In this document: piece after piece, positions 43,879 to 55,849 of the stretch
How positions within the stretch are numbered: position 1 is the first letter of the stretch
How the letters are laid out: each line of letters starts with the position of its first letter
Virus record (IMG/VR): IMGVR_UViG_3300041405_000148
Span: 25,310 to 89,309 of that record
From: a virus
Lineage: Duplodnaviria; Heunggongvirae; Uroviricota; Caudoviricetes
DNA length: 64,000 bases
Reading direction: 5' to 3' (one strand)
Position numbers and translations under genes: made by a program
Notes under the pieces: generated by a model
The model's input: the letters and a program-made list of their open reading frames with translations, nothing else
Told to the model about the DNA's origin: nothing
Databases searched by the model: none

Positions 43879-44268
43879 ATGTTGATAGTCTATTTTTCAG
43901 GATTATCAGAAAATACACACCGATTTGTTAGTAAATTAGGCTTACCTAATAAAAGAATTCCCATCAGTGGTGAATGTTTTGTGGAAGAGCCTTATATTCT
44001 AATTGTACCTAGTTATGGAGGAGGGGCTGTAAAAGGCTCCGTCCCAAGTCAGGTTGTCAAGTTTCTGAATAATGAAAACAATAGAGTTAATTTGAGAGCT
44101 GTGATTGGATCTGGTAATACAAACTTCGGGGATATGTATTGCTATGGTGCCAAAGTCGTGGCAAATAAGTGTGGTGTACCTCTACTTTATAAATTTGAGT
44201 TGATGGGCAACACAAAAGATGTGGACTGTGTAAAAGATGGAGTGATTAAATTTGGAACAATCAATTAA
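43879..44268 (+). CDS. nrdI: Flavodoxin NrdI
   Basis: [31 protein letters not shown]. Confidence 0.92.
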   Translation: MLIVYFSGLSENTHRFVSKLGLPNKRIPISGECFVEEPYILIVPSYGGGAVKGSVPSQVVKFLNNENNRVNLRAVIGSGNTNFGDMYCYGAKVVANKCGVPLLYKFELMGNTKDVDCVKDGVIKFGTIN

Positions 44269-46396
44269 AGAGCAACTACAGAAATATAAAGACCTAGATT
44301 ATCATGCCCTCAACGCCATGATCAATCTGGTAGACTCAGATGGCAAACTTCAGCTAGACAAAGATGTACTGGCATTAAAGAAGTTTTTCCTTGACCACGT
44401 TAACCCAAATACAGTATTCTTCCACACTCTCAAAGAGAAATTAGAATACCTCGTGGACAATGAATATTATGATGAAAAAGTTTTAAGTCAGTATTCTTTT
44501 GATTTCATTAAAAGCCTTTTCCAGAGAGCTTATGACTTCAAATTCCGTTTTGAAACTTTTGTCGGCGCACAAAAATATTATAAAAGCTACACTTTGAAGA
44601 CTTTTGATGGTGAGCGTTATTTAGAACGTTTTGAAGACCGTGTTTGTATGAATGCGCTTGCACTAGCGGAAGGTAATGAAAAACTGGCTGAGTATTTCTT
44701 AGATGAAATTATTTCTGGACGTTTTCAGCCTGCAACTCCTACATTTTTAAATTGTGGTAAAAAACAACGTGGTGAATTAGTTTCTTGTTTTCTGCTTCGG
44801 GTTGAGGACAACATGGAGTCCATTGGACGTGCGATCACTTCGTCCCTGCAACTGTCTAAACGCGGTGGTGGTGTTGCACTCTGTTTATCCAACATCCGTG
44901 AAACAGGTGCTCCCATTAAGAAAGTAAAAGGTCAATCCTCTGGTTTGATCCCTGTAATGAAAATGCTAGAGGATGCATTCTCTTATGCAAACCAGTTAGG
45001 TCAACGACAAGGTGCTGGTGCTGTTTATATCAATGTACATCACCCAGACATCTTGAACTTTTTGGATACAAAACGTGAGAATGCTGACGAAAAGATCAGG
45101 ATCAAAACTTTATCACTTGGTGTAGTTATCCCTGATATTACTTTTCGTTTGGCTAAAGATGGTGAGCCAATGTACCTTTTCTCCCCTTATGATGTGGAGC
45201 AGGTGTATGGTAAACCATTCGGTGATATTAGTGTGACTGAGTTATATGATGAAATGGTTGCTGATAAACGGATCAGGAAGTCTAAAATTGACCCACGTGA
45301 ACTATTTCAACGTCTGGCAGAAATTCAATTCGAGTCTGGTTATCCATACATTATGTTTGAGGATACAGTAAATGCTGCTAACCCGATTGATGGTCGAATT
45401 AACATGAGCAACCTTTGCTCTGAGATCCTTCAGGTAAATACAGCATCTGTTCTTGATGAAGATGGGAGCTATTTGAGTGTAGGTAAAGATATTTCTTGTA
45501 ACCTTGGTTCAATGAACGTTGCGAAAGCAATGGACGGTAATCTCGCTAAGACTGTTGAGACGGCTATTCGTGCTTTGACTGCTGTATCTGATATGAGTGA
45601 CATTAAGTCTGTGCCAACAATCCAGAATGGCAATAATAAGTCACATGCTATTGGCTTAGGTCAAATGAACTTGCATGGGTATTTTGCTCGTGAAGAAATG
45701 TTTTATGGCTCAGAAGAATCTCTGGATTTCACGAATATGTATTTCATGACTGTTACTTATCATGCACTCAATACATCAAACATGATCGCAAATGAGCGTG
45801 GACAAACCTTTGAAGGTTTTGAAAAGTCTAAGTATGCTTCAGGTGAGTACTTTGACAAGTACACCAACCAAGTTTGGGAACCAAAGACAGAAAAAGTAAA
45901 AGAGATCTTCAGGAAAGCTGGAGTTACGATCCCATCCCAAAGGGATTGGGAAAAGTTGAAAGATGCTGTTATGGATACTGGCCTTTATAACCAGAATCTC
46001 CAGGCAGTTCCTCCAACAGGATCTATCTCTTACATCAACAACTCTACTTCAAGCATTCACCCGATTGCTTCTAAGATCGAAGTTAGAAAAGAGGGAAGTT
46101 TGGGTAGGACTTATTACCCAGCAGCATTCATGACCAATGATAATTTAGAGTATTATCAGGATGCATATGAAATTGGACATGAAGCAATTATTGATGTGTA
46201 TGCTGAGGCAACTAAGCACGTAGACCAAGGTCTGTCTCTGACATTATTCTTCCGAGATAACGTAACGACAAGGACTATCAATAAAGCTCAGATCTATGCC
46301 TGGAAAAAGGGCATCAAGACTCTTTATTATGTACGCTTGCGTCAAAATGCCTTAACTGGAACTGAAGTTGAAGGTTGTGTTTCCTGCACACTGTAA
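44252..46396 (+). CDS. nrdE: Class Ib ribonucleotide reductase alpha
   Basis: [28 protein letters not shown]-terminal CVSC. Confidence 0.95.
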   Translation: MEQSIKEQLQKYKDLDYHALNAMINLVDSDGKLQLDKDVLALKKFFLDHVNPNTVFFHTLKEKLEYLVDNEYYDEKVLSQYSFDFIKSLFQRAYDFKFRFETFVGAQKYYKSYTLKTFDGERYLERFEDRVCMNALALAEGNEKLAEYFLDEIISGRFQPATPTFLNCGKKQRGELVSCFLLRVEDNMESIGRAITSSLQLSKRGGGVALCLSNIRETGAPIKKVKGQSSGLIPVMKMLEDAFSYANQLGQRQGAGAVYINVHHPDILNFLDTKRENADEKIRIKTLSLGVVIPDITFRLAKDGEPMYLFSPYDVEQVYGKPFGDISVTELYDEMVADKRIRKSKIDPRELFQRLAEIQFESGYPYIMFEDTVNAANPIDGRINMSNLCSEILQVNTASVLDEDGSYLSVGKDISCNLGSMNVAKAMDGNLAKTVETAIRALTAVSDMSDIKSVPTIQNGNNKSHAIGLGQMNLHGYFAREEMFYGSEESLDFTNMYFMTVTYHALNTSNMIANERGQTFEGFEKSKYASGEYFDKYTNQVWEPKTEKVKEIFRKAGVTIPSQRDWEKLKDAVMDTGLYNQNLQAVPPTGSISYINNSTSSIHPIASKIEVRKEGSLGRTYYPAAFMTNDNLEYYQDAYEIGHEAIIDVYAEATKHVDQGLSLTLFFRDNVTTRTINKAQIYAWKKGIKTLYYVRLRQNALTGTEVEGCVSCTL

Positions 46397-46427
46397 TTCA
46401 GGGAGGCCCGCAAGTCGGGCCAATTAA

Positions 46428-47420
<993 letters not shown>

Positions 47421-47459
47421 TTAATCAAAGGGGAGAGATCCCCATTCAAGGAGTTAAAA

Positions 47460-47846
47460 ATGGATACACTGTTATCTGGGTTGAAAGTTTATGATCCGAC
47501 AAGCATTGTGTTAAAAATAGATGGGCAAGAGGTTTATGGTTTCTCTTCTGAATTTAAATTTGAAATTTTAAAACAGGAACATGAAAAAGATATTCATATT
47601 TGGTTATCACTAGCCTCAGAGTGGTATCCCATACTGGATACGTTATTAGGTAAAAAAGTTAGAGTAGAAATTGAGTATGTGAATTCTAACTTCCCAGTGG
47701 AAATAAAGGAAAAGTTTTTTGCTGTTGTAAAGTCTTCAAAGGTCACCTTTGGTTCTGAATTTCCTGAGGCAGTCTTCAAAATATCGAAATACAAAGATGT
47801 TAATATAGAAGAGGGTGTTCGATTACTTACAACTAAAAACCAATAA
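47460..47846 (+). CDS. Hypothetical protein
   Basis: AAGGAG SD. Confidence 0.65.
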   Translation: MDTLLSGLKVYDPTSIVLKIDGQEVYGFSSEFKFEILKQEHEKDIHIWLSLASEWYPILDTLLGKKVRVEIEYVNSNFPVEIKEKFFAVVKSSKVTFGSEFPEAVFKISKYKDVNIEEGVRLLTTKNQ

Positions 47847-47864
47847 ATTAAGAGGAGAAGACTA

Positions 47865-48029
47865 ATGGCTAAAAAATATCGTGTGAAAGGTTCAACTCGT
47901 CGCAAACTTATGCAAATTGAAATGAGTAAAGAACTTCGGATGAAGAGTAAGAAAACAAAACCTGTACGTGAAATCACTGAAGAGCATGAAGCATTTAAAC
48001 AATTTGATCAAAGGGGTGAAGCAGAATGA
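47865..48029 (+). CDS. Small basic protein (54 aa)
   Basis: Not in track; GAGGAG SD. Confidence 0.55.
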   Translation: MAKKYRVKGSTRRKLMQIEMSKELRMKSKKTKPVREITEEHEAFKQFDQRGEAE

Positions 48030-48433
48030 TCTATGAAAAATTTGAAACTGAATTAAAACTTAGCTATGAGACGACTAAAGAAGTGCTACAGGAGCACTTA
48101 GATAATATTAATGGCTACATCGAAGCTCGACAGCAGGCGAAAGAGTTGCAGGAAGTGTCTGAAGAGGAACTGCAAGAATTTTATCCAGATGTTAAAGAGG
48201 AAAAGGAACGTCTGGAAGCGGCTATGGCTAAGCTTGAAGATGAAGCAACAAGTTCTTGGTGGGTAGAGCTTACACTAGAACGATTGAAAGAAGCTGTTTC
48301 AGAAGAAGAAGGTAAGATTTTAGAAAAAGCTCTTGAGATCCAAGGTCGTATTGAAAATATTATGGACGATAGCTCAGCAGACTTGGTTGGGTATCTTTCT
48401 AAAGGTTTAAGTAACGGAGTTGTGGTTCAGTAA
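48026..48433 (+). CDS. Hypothetical coiled-coil protein
   Basis: ATGA overlap. Confidence 0.65.
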   Translation: MIYEKFETELKLSYETTKEVLQEHLDNINGYIEARQQAKELQEVSEEELQEFYPDVKEEKERLEAAMAKLEDEATSSWWVELTLERLKEAVSEEEGKILEKALEIQGRIENIMDDSSADLVGYLSKGLSNGVVVQ

Positions 48434-48485
48434 AACTAAAGTCCCCGCCCTTTAGAAATGCCACAACCAATAATAGGCGGGGTAT

Positions 48486-49079
48486 TTGGAGAAAGTAATG
48501 GCACTATCAAAAAGTGAATATGAATCAGCAGCAAAGTCTTTGGAAGTTGACACTCCAAGTGTAATAGCAATTGCTACGGTTGAAAGTGGTGGTGATGGCT
48601 TTTATGATAATGGGGAAGTTAAGATCCTATTTGAACGTCACATCTTTTACAGACAGCTTGTAAAAAATCGTGGTCAAAAATTTGCTGATGCAACTTATAA
48701 ATCTGACCCTGATATTTGTAACCCTGTTGCAGGAGGTTATGGTAAATTCTCAGAGCAACATCCTAAATTACGTAGGGCTGAGAAGTTCGATAAGACGAGT
48801 GCAAGAGAAGCTTGTAGTTGGGGCGGATTTCAAGTGTTGGGTAGTAATTGGCCTGATTTAGGTTATACATCAGTCCAGGCTTTGGTTAATGATGCTATGA
48901 CAGACGAAGGTCAGTTGAGAATGTTTGTTAGGTTTATAAAGTCAAAACCGTCGGTTTGGAAAGCTCTCAAGGCTCATGATTGGGTAGGTGTAGCAAAAGG
49001 TTACAATGGACCATCTTATGCTAAGAACAATTATGACACCAAACTTGCACAAGAGTATAAAAAAGCAGGTGGGAAGTGA
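48486..49079 (+). CDS. Endolysin, N-acetylmuramidase (DUF3380)
   Basis: VESGG, ILFERHIF, SWGGFQVLG.N, GYNGP.Y; ATG at 48498 is an alternative start. Confidence 0.9.
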   Translation: MEKVMALSKSEYESAAKSLEVDTPSVIAIATVESGGDGFYDNGEVKILFERHIFYRQLVKNRGQKFADATYKSDPDICNPVAGGYGKFSEQHPKLRRAEKFDKTSAREACSWGGFQVLGSNWPDLGYTSVQALVNDAMTDEGQLRMFVRFIKSKPSVWKALKAHDWVGVAKGYNGPSYAKNNYDTKLAQEYKKAGGK

Positions 49080-49087
49080 TTTAATTA

Positions 49088-49116
49088 TTGACAGGTAGTT
49101 ACAGTTGTGTTATAAC
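49088..49116 (+). promoter_or_regulatory. Sigma70-like promoter
   Basis: TTGACA-17-TATAAC. Confidence 0.75.
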
Positions 49117-49163
49117 TTTAATAACCCCTCTCCTACCAGAGGGGAATCTAAAAGGAGATATAC

Positions 49164-49919
49164 ATGGGTAAGAGTAATCGTCAGCGGGTTCAAGATAATA
49201 AAGTGAAAACTGCAAGCAAGTATGCAGAAAAAGTAATCCCTTTTCAGGTAAGCAATGATTGGAAACTTGATTGGTTTACGCCAGAAGGAGGACAAAATGC
49301 CCTTGTTGAATCTATGCAGGATAATGTACTGACTGCTGGTAATGGGCCTAGTGGAACAGGTAAAACAAGTACTGTTTTATGGCAAGCACTTCATTGGCTA
49401 AAGTCTGGAATATTTCAGAAGATTGTCTTTATTAAAAATCCTACAGAAGCTGGAGACGACCAAATTGGATATTTAAAAGGAGAGCAGCAGGATAAACTTA
49501 AAGCTCACTTCCATGAAACAAGACGTATTTTTCAGTCATTTATTTCAAAAGGTAAATTGGAGTGTGATGAAAGTTCTGGCAAAATTGAATTTGCAATCCC
49601 TAACTTTCTACTTGGTGCAACCATTGATAATGCGGTAATAATTATTGATGAATGTCAAACAATGTCTCCAGGTACAATGAAGTTGTTAATGGAACGTGTT
49701 GGGATGAATAGTATTGTGGTTATCCTTGGTGATTCCCGTCAGGCTTACTCAGTTAAGAAGCGTGAAGATGGTTTTGCTGACTTCATCAAAAAAATCACTA
49801 AAGTTGAAGAAGATGGTTCACGCGTCAGCTCTGAACCTTTGATGGGTTATGTTGAACTAAAAACAGATGATAACAAACGTTCAGCTCTTTCTAAAAGGAT
49901 CACAGAGCTGTATGCATAA
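49164..49919 (+). CDS. phoH: PhoH-like ATPase
   Basis: GPSGTGKT, IGYLKG, IIDECQ, LGDSRQ. Confidence 0.9.
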   Translation: MGKSNRQRVQDNKVKTASKYAEKVIPFQVSNDWKLDWFTPEGGQNALVESMQDNVLTAGNGPSGTGKTSTVLWQALHWLKSGIFQKIVFIKNPTEAGDDQIGYLKGEQQDKLKAHFHETRRIFQSFISKGKLECDESSGKIEFAIPNFLLGATIDNAVIIIDECQTMSPGTMKLLMERVGMNSIVVILGDSRQAYSVKKREDGFADFIKKITKVEEDGSRVSSEPLMGYVELKTDDNKRSALSKRITELYA

Positions 49920-49960
49920 AAACAAGGGGAGGTCACTCCCCTTTCTAACAGAGAGGTGCT

Positions 49961-50452
49961 ATGGTAACAGGAGTTTTTGGGGCAATTAATCGTGAAAGTA
50001 TTGATGAGGTTTACCGTAATGGGTTGGTAAAACCTAATGAATATGAATCGATACGCGACAATATCATAGACAGAGAGTTATACCTTAGACATGAAGCTTT
50101 TTCCTATAAGTTGAATTACTTCTTTTTAGTCCTCCAGAAAATCCCACTTTGTGAATTTTTCTATATAAGTCAGACAGGGATCTTTGATGTAAAAGAAGCT
50201 ATTCTTTATATGGCTTACAATACACCGGAAGAACTCTTAATAGAAGTTGATGATGTTAGTACAATGGTCTTAGCTGATGTAGCTTACAATAAAGCTTGCA
50301 AGGTAAGGGATTTAGGTGATCTAAACAGATCTAAGTTAGTGCAAGGTGATATTTATGCGGATAAAGAAACTATCCGTAGTCTTGAATACCTAACACGTTA
50401 TAAGCGTGGTTTATGGGATTTATTAGAATGTTTAAATGTGGAGGATAAATAA
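49961..50452 (+). CDS. Hypothetical protein
   Basis: GAGG SD. Confidence 0.65.
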   Translation: MVTGVFGAINRESIDEVYRNGLVKPNEYESIRDNIIDRELYLRHEAFSYKLNYFFLVLQKIPLCEFFYISQTGIFDVKEAILYMAYNTPEELLIEVDDVSTMVLADVAYNKACKVRDLGDLNRSKLVQGDIYADKETIRSLEYLTRYKRGLWDLLECLNVEDK

Positions 50453-51327
50453 TGACTACAATTACCTATAAGGATAGAAAAATTGCAAGTGACGGACAAA
50501 TTTCATTTGGTGACCGAATTGATAACTATAGCTTAAAGAAAGTCCGTAAAATTAATGGTTGTTTAGTTGGTGGCGCAGGCCGTCTTTCTAGCGTTCTCCA
50601 ATTTTTTGACTGGTTCCAAGAGTGGTCAGATGCACAACAAGTTCAAGGTGAATCCCCGCACGTTAAGGTGTTTGTCCCAGAGGGTATTGATGATGAAGAT
50701 TTTTACGGGTTGGTTGTCTTTGCAGATGAAGTTATATTTATGTATGAAGGTGGGAAAAAATCTTACCAGATGACCGGTTCACCTCATTATGCAATTGGTT
50801 CAGGATCTGATTATGCATTAGCTGCTATGGATGCTGGTGCAAGTGCAGATGAAGCCGTGGCTATTGCGATTACTCGTGATGTGTATACTGGTGGAGAAAT
50901 CTTTATTGAAGAACTTGACCCAGAGCCAATTGAGCTAACCAGGCAAGTTGCAGAAAGTATGGAGAAATCAGAGTTGCTTGACATGCTGTTTGGGGAAGAT
51001 GTGGAAATTGTTGAAGATGAAAAGGATGAGATCATTTTCCAGACCAGTCGTGTTGTGATTGACACTGCTGAAAAAGTTATTTTCATTAACCCTGAAAATG
51101 GTGATACACTAGATGAGATCACCTTGCAAGATTCAGAACTGGACAGTCCAAGTTTTAAACGTGTATGCAAAGCATTAAACAGAAAATATTTAGACTTAGT
51201 TGCATCAGAAATTGGCATGGTGTTTGAACAACCAGCAGCTAATAAAAGTGAACTTTTAGATGCAGTACTAGATTGTCTAAATGATGTTTACATTGAAAAA
51301 CTACAAGAGAGGGCAGATGCAGAATAA
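50452..51327 (+). CDS. Ntn-hydrolase (HslV/proteasome-beta-like) with acidic C-terminal extension
   Basis: N-terminal MTTI...ASD, KKV, GGAG, AIGSGS..A, D.YTGG. Confidence 0.75.
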   Translation: MTTITYKDRKIASDGQISFGDRIDNYSLKKVRKINGCLVGGAGRLSSVLQFFDWFQEWSDAQQVQGESPHVKVFVPEGIDDEDFYGLVVFADEVIFMYEGGKKSYQMTGSPHYAIGSGSDYALAAMDAGASADEAVAIAITRDVYTGGEIFIEELDPEPIELTRQVAESMEKSELLDMLFGEDVEIVEDEKDEIIFQTSRVVIDTAEKVIFINPENGDTLDEITLQDSELDSPSFKRVCKALNRKYLDLVASEIGMVFEQPAANKSELLDAVLDCLNDVYIEKLQERADAE

Positions 51328-51499
51328 AGAAGAACTCAAAGTATCTTTTGAGAAGCTTCTCAAGAAGCGGGGCATTGAACCCGCTTTTATTGAGGATGCA
51401 GCGGAAGTTATGTCAGAAACAGTTGAAAAACTGCTAGAAGAAGCACACAAAGAAGGGTATAGTAAGGGTTTTGAGGATGCCAGTCATCTTCCTTTTTAA
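51317..51499 (+). CDS. Hypothetical protein (60 aa)
   Basis: GAGG SD. Confidence 0.55.
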   Translation: MQNKEELKVSFEKLLKKRGIEPAFIEDAAEVMSETVEKLLEEAHKEGYSKGFEDASHLPF

Positions 51500-51508
51500 G
51501 GAGGTAAA

Positions 51509-52261
51509 ATGAAGATTTTTGATAAAGTCACTATCCCTGATGATAAGAGAGTATTCTTTGTGGGTGACATTCACGGTGCTTTTGATTTGTATCTTAAAGG
51601 TTGCAAAGACCTTGGGATCACAGATGAAGATGTTGTTGTTAGCCTTGGTGATTTGATTGACCGTGGCCCGAAAAACTTTGAATGTGTCGTAGAGTTTACA
51701 CGCAAAGAGAATCGGTATGCTATACAAGGCAACCACGAAGATCTTATGATCAAAGGGATGCTCAATGACTCACATCAACATTTTGACTGTTGGTTTCTGA
51801 ATGGTGGAAATGTAACTTGGGAGGAAGTCGGAGGTGAACAGGGTTCAATGGCACTTGCTGAGATGGTTAAAGACCTACCTGTGATCTTAGAAGTTGAACA
51901 CCAAGGTAAGAGATTCGGTTGTGTACATGGAGGGATTCCTTATGCAGAGAAACTAGGTCCTTGGGATAATCTTGTTGATTATACAATTAAAAACCCAAGT
52001 TTTTGTGATAAGTTAGTTTGGGATCGATCTGTCATTGATTTAATTCAGACACAACTTAAGTCTTTTAAGTTTAGTAGTGTTCCTGAAGTAAAAGGTGTTG
52101 ATTATGTCTTGCATGGTCACACGCCTGTGAAAAATCCCCTAGTGCAAGAGAATCGTGTTTATATGGACAGTGGTGGGATCTTTAATTCTAGACTGACCTT
52201 TGCTCACATGGAAAATGGCGAACTTAAGTTCTATACCACAGGTGATTGGGACAGCTTATGA
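51509..52261 (+). CDS. Ser/Thr protein phosphatase (lambda NinI-like)
   Basis: GDIHG, GDLIDRG, GNHE, HGHTP. Confidence 0.9.
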   Translation: MKIFDKVTIPDDKRVFFVGDIHGAFDLYLKGCKDLGITDEDVVVSLGDLIDRGPKNFECVVEFTRKENRYAIQGNHEDLMIKGMLNDSHQHFDCWFLNGGNVTWEEVGGEQGSMALAEMVKDLPVILEVEHQGKRFGCVHGGIPYAEKLGPWDNLVDYTIKNPSFCDKLVWDRSVIDLIQTQLKSFKFSSVPEVKGVDYVLHGHTPVKNPLVQENRVYMDSGGIFNSRLTFAHMENGELKFYTTGDWDSL

Positions 52262-52328
52262 ATTTAATTTATGGGCGGGCTATTAATGATGTAGAAGGTA
52301 AGACAACTATTTTTATTTAAAGGGGATT

Positions 52329-52520
52329 ATGATGACATCTAAAGACTTGTTGTATTGTCAGAAATGTGGAGGCATGATTGACTTCCGTTTTAAAATCACA
52401 TTGCTAAGCCACCCTGCTAAATATCAAATGGCATGCAAAGATTGCAATGCGCTAAAAACATATACAGAAACAGAAAGATTATTAGCTCTTGAAGAACTTG
52501 AAAATGGCAGAAGTTCTTAA
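52329..52520 (+). CDS. Small Zn-finger protein
   Basis: CQKC...CKDC. Confidence 0.6.
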   Translation: MMTSKDLLYCQKCGGMIDFRFKITLLSHPAKYQMACKDCNALKTYTETERLLALEELENGRSS

Positions 52521-52848
52521 CTTTTATAAGGTTGGTAAAATAATACCTAAAGGCGCTGTCTACATCGGTAGGCAGATGCCAGGGTTGCCAAGAAGCAAGT
52601 TTGCCAATCCTTTCAAAATAACGGATGAAGAGCCAAGAGAAGTTGTTATCACGAAGTACAAGAGTTGGTTGTGGTCACAAATCAGGACAGGAAAAATAAC
52701 ACTTGAAGACCTTCTTGAATTAGAGGGACGAGATGTGGTTTGTTTTTGTGCTCCTCAACCTTGTCATGGGGATGTAGTTCTTGCAGCTGTCGTTTGGGCA
52801 AGAAAGAAGTATGATGTTATTCATGGCTATTGGTCATGGGAGGAATAA
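52504..52848 (+). CDS. DUF4326 protein
   Basis: YIGR..SKFANPF, CFCAP.PCHGD. Confidence 0.8.
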   Translation: MAEVLNFYKVGKIIPKGAVYIGRQMPGLPRSKFANPFKITDEEPREVVITKYKSWLWSQIRTGKITLEDLLELEGRDVVCFCAPQPCHGDVVLAAVVWARKKYDVIHGYWSWEE

Positions 52849-53018
52849 TGAAAAGTAAAAATAGTTTAGAGTTTGCTAAGTTCTTAATGTTGTTTGATCC
52901 TAAATTTACTATCAGTTATTACACAGATATAACTTTAGTAGCAGATGAAGAGGAATTAGCCAGTCATATTGAAAATATCAGATTTATAAATAAAGCTTGG
53001 GAGGAAAGTCATGTATAA
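52848..53018 (+). CDS. Hypothetical protein
   Basis: GGAGG SD. Confidence 0.55.
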   Translation: MKSKNSLEFAKFLMLFDPKFTISYYTDITLVADEEELASHIENIRFINKAWEESHV

Positions 53019-53307
53019 AGTTACGATAGAAGAAACTGTTGGTGAAATTTCAAAAAGAACTATCCTTGAGACAGATGATGTTGAACTGGTCAAAGAAGTC
53101 CTGGGTGCTAAAAATGTTGTTGAGGTGGATTCTGATGAACCTAATAGAAATATCTCACCAGAGTGGCAAAAGCTTCAGGATTGGATGAATAAACAATTAG
53201 AAGAACGTAAAACAAGTCCATATCCCTTTGGAAGCCCTTATGAAACACCCTCACAACCTTGGATTAAACCTTACGACCCTTATAATCCTTTTGTTGTGAC
53301 TTGCTAA
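53011..53307 (+). CDS. Hypothetical protein
   Basis: GGAGG SD. Confidence 0.65.
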   Translation: MYKVTIEETVGEISKRTILETDDVELVKEVLGAKNVVEVDSDEPNRNISPEWQKLQDWMNKQLEERKTSPYPFGSPYETPSQPWIKPYDPYNPFVVTC

Positions 53308-53316
53308 GGAGGTTTA

Positions 53317-53685
53317 ATGTCAGGCTTTGAAACTCCATTGCAAGTTGAGTTGCAAGAAGACAGAAAGACGTGGAAGGTGCTATCTGACTTCGTGTATAAT
53401 GATGAAAAGTTTGGGTTGATTGGTGTACCTGAAGCATTCGTCACAGATTTCGCATCTGTGCCTCGCATTCCAATCATCTTTGACCTTGTGGGTGATTATG
53501 GACATGCAGCAGCAACACTACATGACTATCTCTATAAGCATGGTAAGCTACCACGTAAAGACTGTGATAATGTATTTTATCATGCACTAAGAAACACAGG
53601 TATTGCAAACTGGAGAGCAAGAGCAATGTGGCTGGGTGTAAGATCATTTGGATGGTTGTTTTATGTTAAGGAGGCTGTTAAATGA
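53317..53685 (+). CDS. DUF1353 protein
   Basis: FVTDFASVP, AATLHDYLY, D..F. Confidence 0.85.
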   Translation: MSGFETPLQVELQEDRKTWKVLSDFVYNDEKFGLIGVPEAFVTDFASVPRIPIIFDLVGDYGHAAATLHDYLYKHGKLPRKDCDNVFYHALRNTGIANWRARAMWLGVRSFGWLFYVKEAVK

Positions 53686-54332
53686 GGTACTATACTGCGG
53701 TTGGATCAAGAAACACACCTACAGAATTTATCTCTTCTATGGCTAACCTCTCCCGGAGGCTACGAGAGTTGGGTTGGGTGTTCCGTAGTGGTAAAGCTGA
53801 CGGAGCAGATGCCATTTTCCAGACTGGGGCGCAAATCTCTTTAGCTGCTGACTTAGAGGGAAAATACGGGGAGGTTTATAAAGCTTGGGAATCATTTAAT
53901 ACTGAATCTAATTCCATATTACCTTTTGTAACAGAATCTGGATATACACTCTGGCCTTGGTGGGATATTCTAATTAAAGATAAAGAGCTAATTTCTAAAG
54001 CTGAAGATATTGTATCCGAAATCCATCCATTTTGGAAAGCTGAGAAAGATGCAATTGCAGCAGGCAAGCCACTTGAAAAACCTATGTCAAAAGGTGCTAA
54101 AAGTTTGCACACAAGAAATGTCTTTCAAGTGCTGGGCAGAGATCTAAATTCACCGAGTGAGTTTTTAGTTTGTTATGCGCCTGTTGACAAACACGGTATC
54201 CCAAAAGGGGGAACAAGAACTGCTTTTGTCTTGGCACAACAGTATGACATACCTTGTTTTAACTTTGCAACACAGAGTAAAGAAGAAATCTACTCAAGTA
54301 TCAAGGGGATCATAGATGCCAAAGAATTATGA
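53682..54332 (+). CDS. SLOG/DprA-like Rossmann-fold protein
   Basis: YTAVGSR, RSG.ADGAD, GGT.TA..LA. Confidence 0.65.
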   Translation: MRYYTAVGSRNTPTEFISSMANLSRRLRELGWVFRSGKADGADAIFQTGAQISLAADLEGKYGEVYKAWESFNTESNSILPFVTESGYTLWPWWDILIKDKELISKAEDIVSEIHPFWKAEKDAIAAGKPLEKPMSKGAKSLHTRNVFQVLGRDLNSPSEFLVCYAPVDKHGIPKGGTRTAFVLAQQYDIPCFNFATQSKEEIYSSIKGIIDAKEL

Positions 54333-54813
54333 TCTACCAGAGTACGAGTATTATCCAACTAATGATGAGACGGTGCAGAGACTATTCAGTGTGGTGCCAA
54401 TAAACCCTGATTGGGCATACTTGGAACCATGCAGGGGACAGGCTCAGGCAATTTATAAATACATGCCAGAAGGAAGCCAGTGGGCAGAGCTGTCCGAAGG
54501 GGTAGATTATTTAGAAACTAAGTTTGAACCTGTAGATTGTGTAATAACAAACCCTCCTTTTAGTTTGACTCAACAGTTTCTACAGAAAAGTTTTACTGAA
54601 GCAGATGTGATTATTTATCTCCAAAGGATAAATTATCTTGGGAGCAAAGGCAGGAAAGATTTTTGGAATATGCATAAACCTACAAACTTGATAGTATTAA
54701 GTAAACGTCCTTCGTTCAGTCCTGATGGAAGAACAGACCAAACTGATTATGCGTTTTTTATTTGGGATTATAAAGGCAGATTAGGACTAACAGACACTTT
54801 CTATTTTGTGTGA
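54316..54813 (+). CDS. Amino-group DNA methyltransferase
   Basis: LEPCRG (motif I-like), ITNPPF (motif IV). Confidence 0.7.
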   Translation: MPKNYDLPEYEYYPTNDETVQRLFSVVPINPDWAYLEPCRGQAQAIYKYMPEGSQWAELSEGVDYLETKFEPVDCVITNPPFSLTQQFLQKSFTEADVIIYLQRINYLGSKGRKDFWNMHKPTNLIVLSKRPSFSPDGRTDQTDYAFFIWDYKGRLGLTDTFYFV

Positions 54814-54873
54814 TATGTGGTAAAATACTATAAGAGGGATCAACCCTAATATCATAACAAAGGAGAAGTATTA

Positions 54874-55071
54874 ATGATCTACCGTGTTGCATATCACGAC
54901 AGGAACTCAAAAGAAACTTGGTCTACAGGAGTCTATGCTACCTCAGATGGAGAAGCCAGACAGATCGGTGCTATCCTTCTTAGCAGGGCTAATAGATATA
55001 ACATATCCCCAGAGCAAGTGGAAATTATACAAGTTCCTGGTATAACTTCAGATGTAACAACGACCACCTAA
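54874..55071 (+). CDS. Hypothetical protein
   Basis: AAGGAG SD. Confidence 0.6.
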   Translation: MIYRVAYHDRNSKETWSTGVYATSDGEARQIGAILLSRANRYNISPEQVEIIQVPGITSDVTTTT

Positions 55072-55073
55072 AA

Positions 55074-55097
55074 TAAAGCGCCTTTTGGCGCTTTTTT
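55074..55097 (+). terminator. Rho-independent terminator
   Basis: AAAGCGCC-TTTT-GGCGCTTT-TTT. Confidence 0.85.
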
Positions 55098-55109
55098 CGT
55101 TTTTAGGGG

Positions 55110-55150
55110 TTGCTTTATTTCTCAGGGTGAGGTAAGATTACTGCATCTTA
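55110..55150 (+). promoter_or_regulatory. Promoter with palindrome overlapping -10
   Basis: TTGCTT-17-TAAGAT; TAAGAT-N6-ATCTTA inverted repeat. Confidence 0.55.
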
Positions 55151-55167
55151 AATCAGAGGGTCATCAC

Positions 55168-55836
55168 ATGAAATTTGTTGCATACTACAGGGTTTCCACA
55201 AAGGGTCAGGGTGAAAGTGGTCTTGGTCTTGAGGCTCAGAAGCGTGATATTAACGTTTTTATGGATAGCTTTGCTGACAAAGATGATCAACTTATCTCAG
55301 AGTTTGTAGAGGTTGAGTCAGGTAGGCATGACGACCGCTCCAAACTAGAAGAAGCCATGCAAATGTGTAAAGAGGAAGGTGCAACACTGTTAGTAGCTAA
55401 ACTTGACCGTTTATCTCGTCGTGTAAGCTTTATTGCAACACTTCTGGAAGACAAACAATTTCAGTTTAAAGTTGCACAGATGCCGTATGCTGATAAATTT
55501 CAATTACACATTTATGCTGCACTTGCAGAACAAGAGCGTGACTTCGTAAGTCAACGAACTAAAGCAGCTTTGGCTGTTAAGAAAGCTGAAGGTGTTAAGC
55601 TTGGTGCAGCAGCTCATAAAGAAGCATCAAAACCAAGAGGTCTCAAACGTCAACCTCTTGCTGCAATTCAGTTTGCAGGTAAATTTCAAGAAGAATTGAA
55701 AATTATGCGTGATGTAGGCTTGACCTATGAGCAGATTGCTGTTAAATTTAACTCTAAAGGTTACAGCACACGTGAAGGGGCAGCTTTTAGTAAAGCTCAG
55801 GTTCAACGTATGTGTGTGAGATTAGAAATCAAATAA
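55168..55836 (+). CDS. Small serine recombinase (resolvase/invertase family)
   Basis: YYRVST..Q, EVESG, KLDRLSR, C-terminal HTH-like segment. Confidence 0.9.
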   Translation: MKFVAYYRVSTKGQGESGLGLEAQKRDINVFMDSFADKDDQLISEFVEVESGRHDDRSKLEEAMQMCKEEGATLLVAKLDRLSRRVSFIATLLEDKQFQFKVAQMPYADKFQLHIYAALAEQERDFVSQRTKAALAVKKAEGVKLGAAAHKEASKPRGLKRQPLAAIQFAGKFQEELKIMRDVGLTYEQIAVKFNSKGYSTREGAAFSKAQVQRMCVRLEIK

Positions 55837-55849
55837 AGAGGAGAATAAA

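Noticed and set aside
55168-55836. Integrase implying a temperate lifestyle
   Set aside because: 222 aa, lacking the large serine-integrase domains; no repressor or att site seen.
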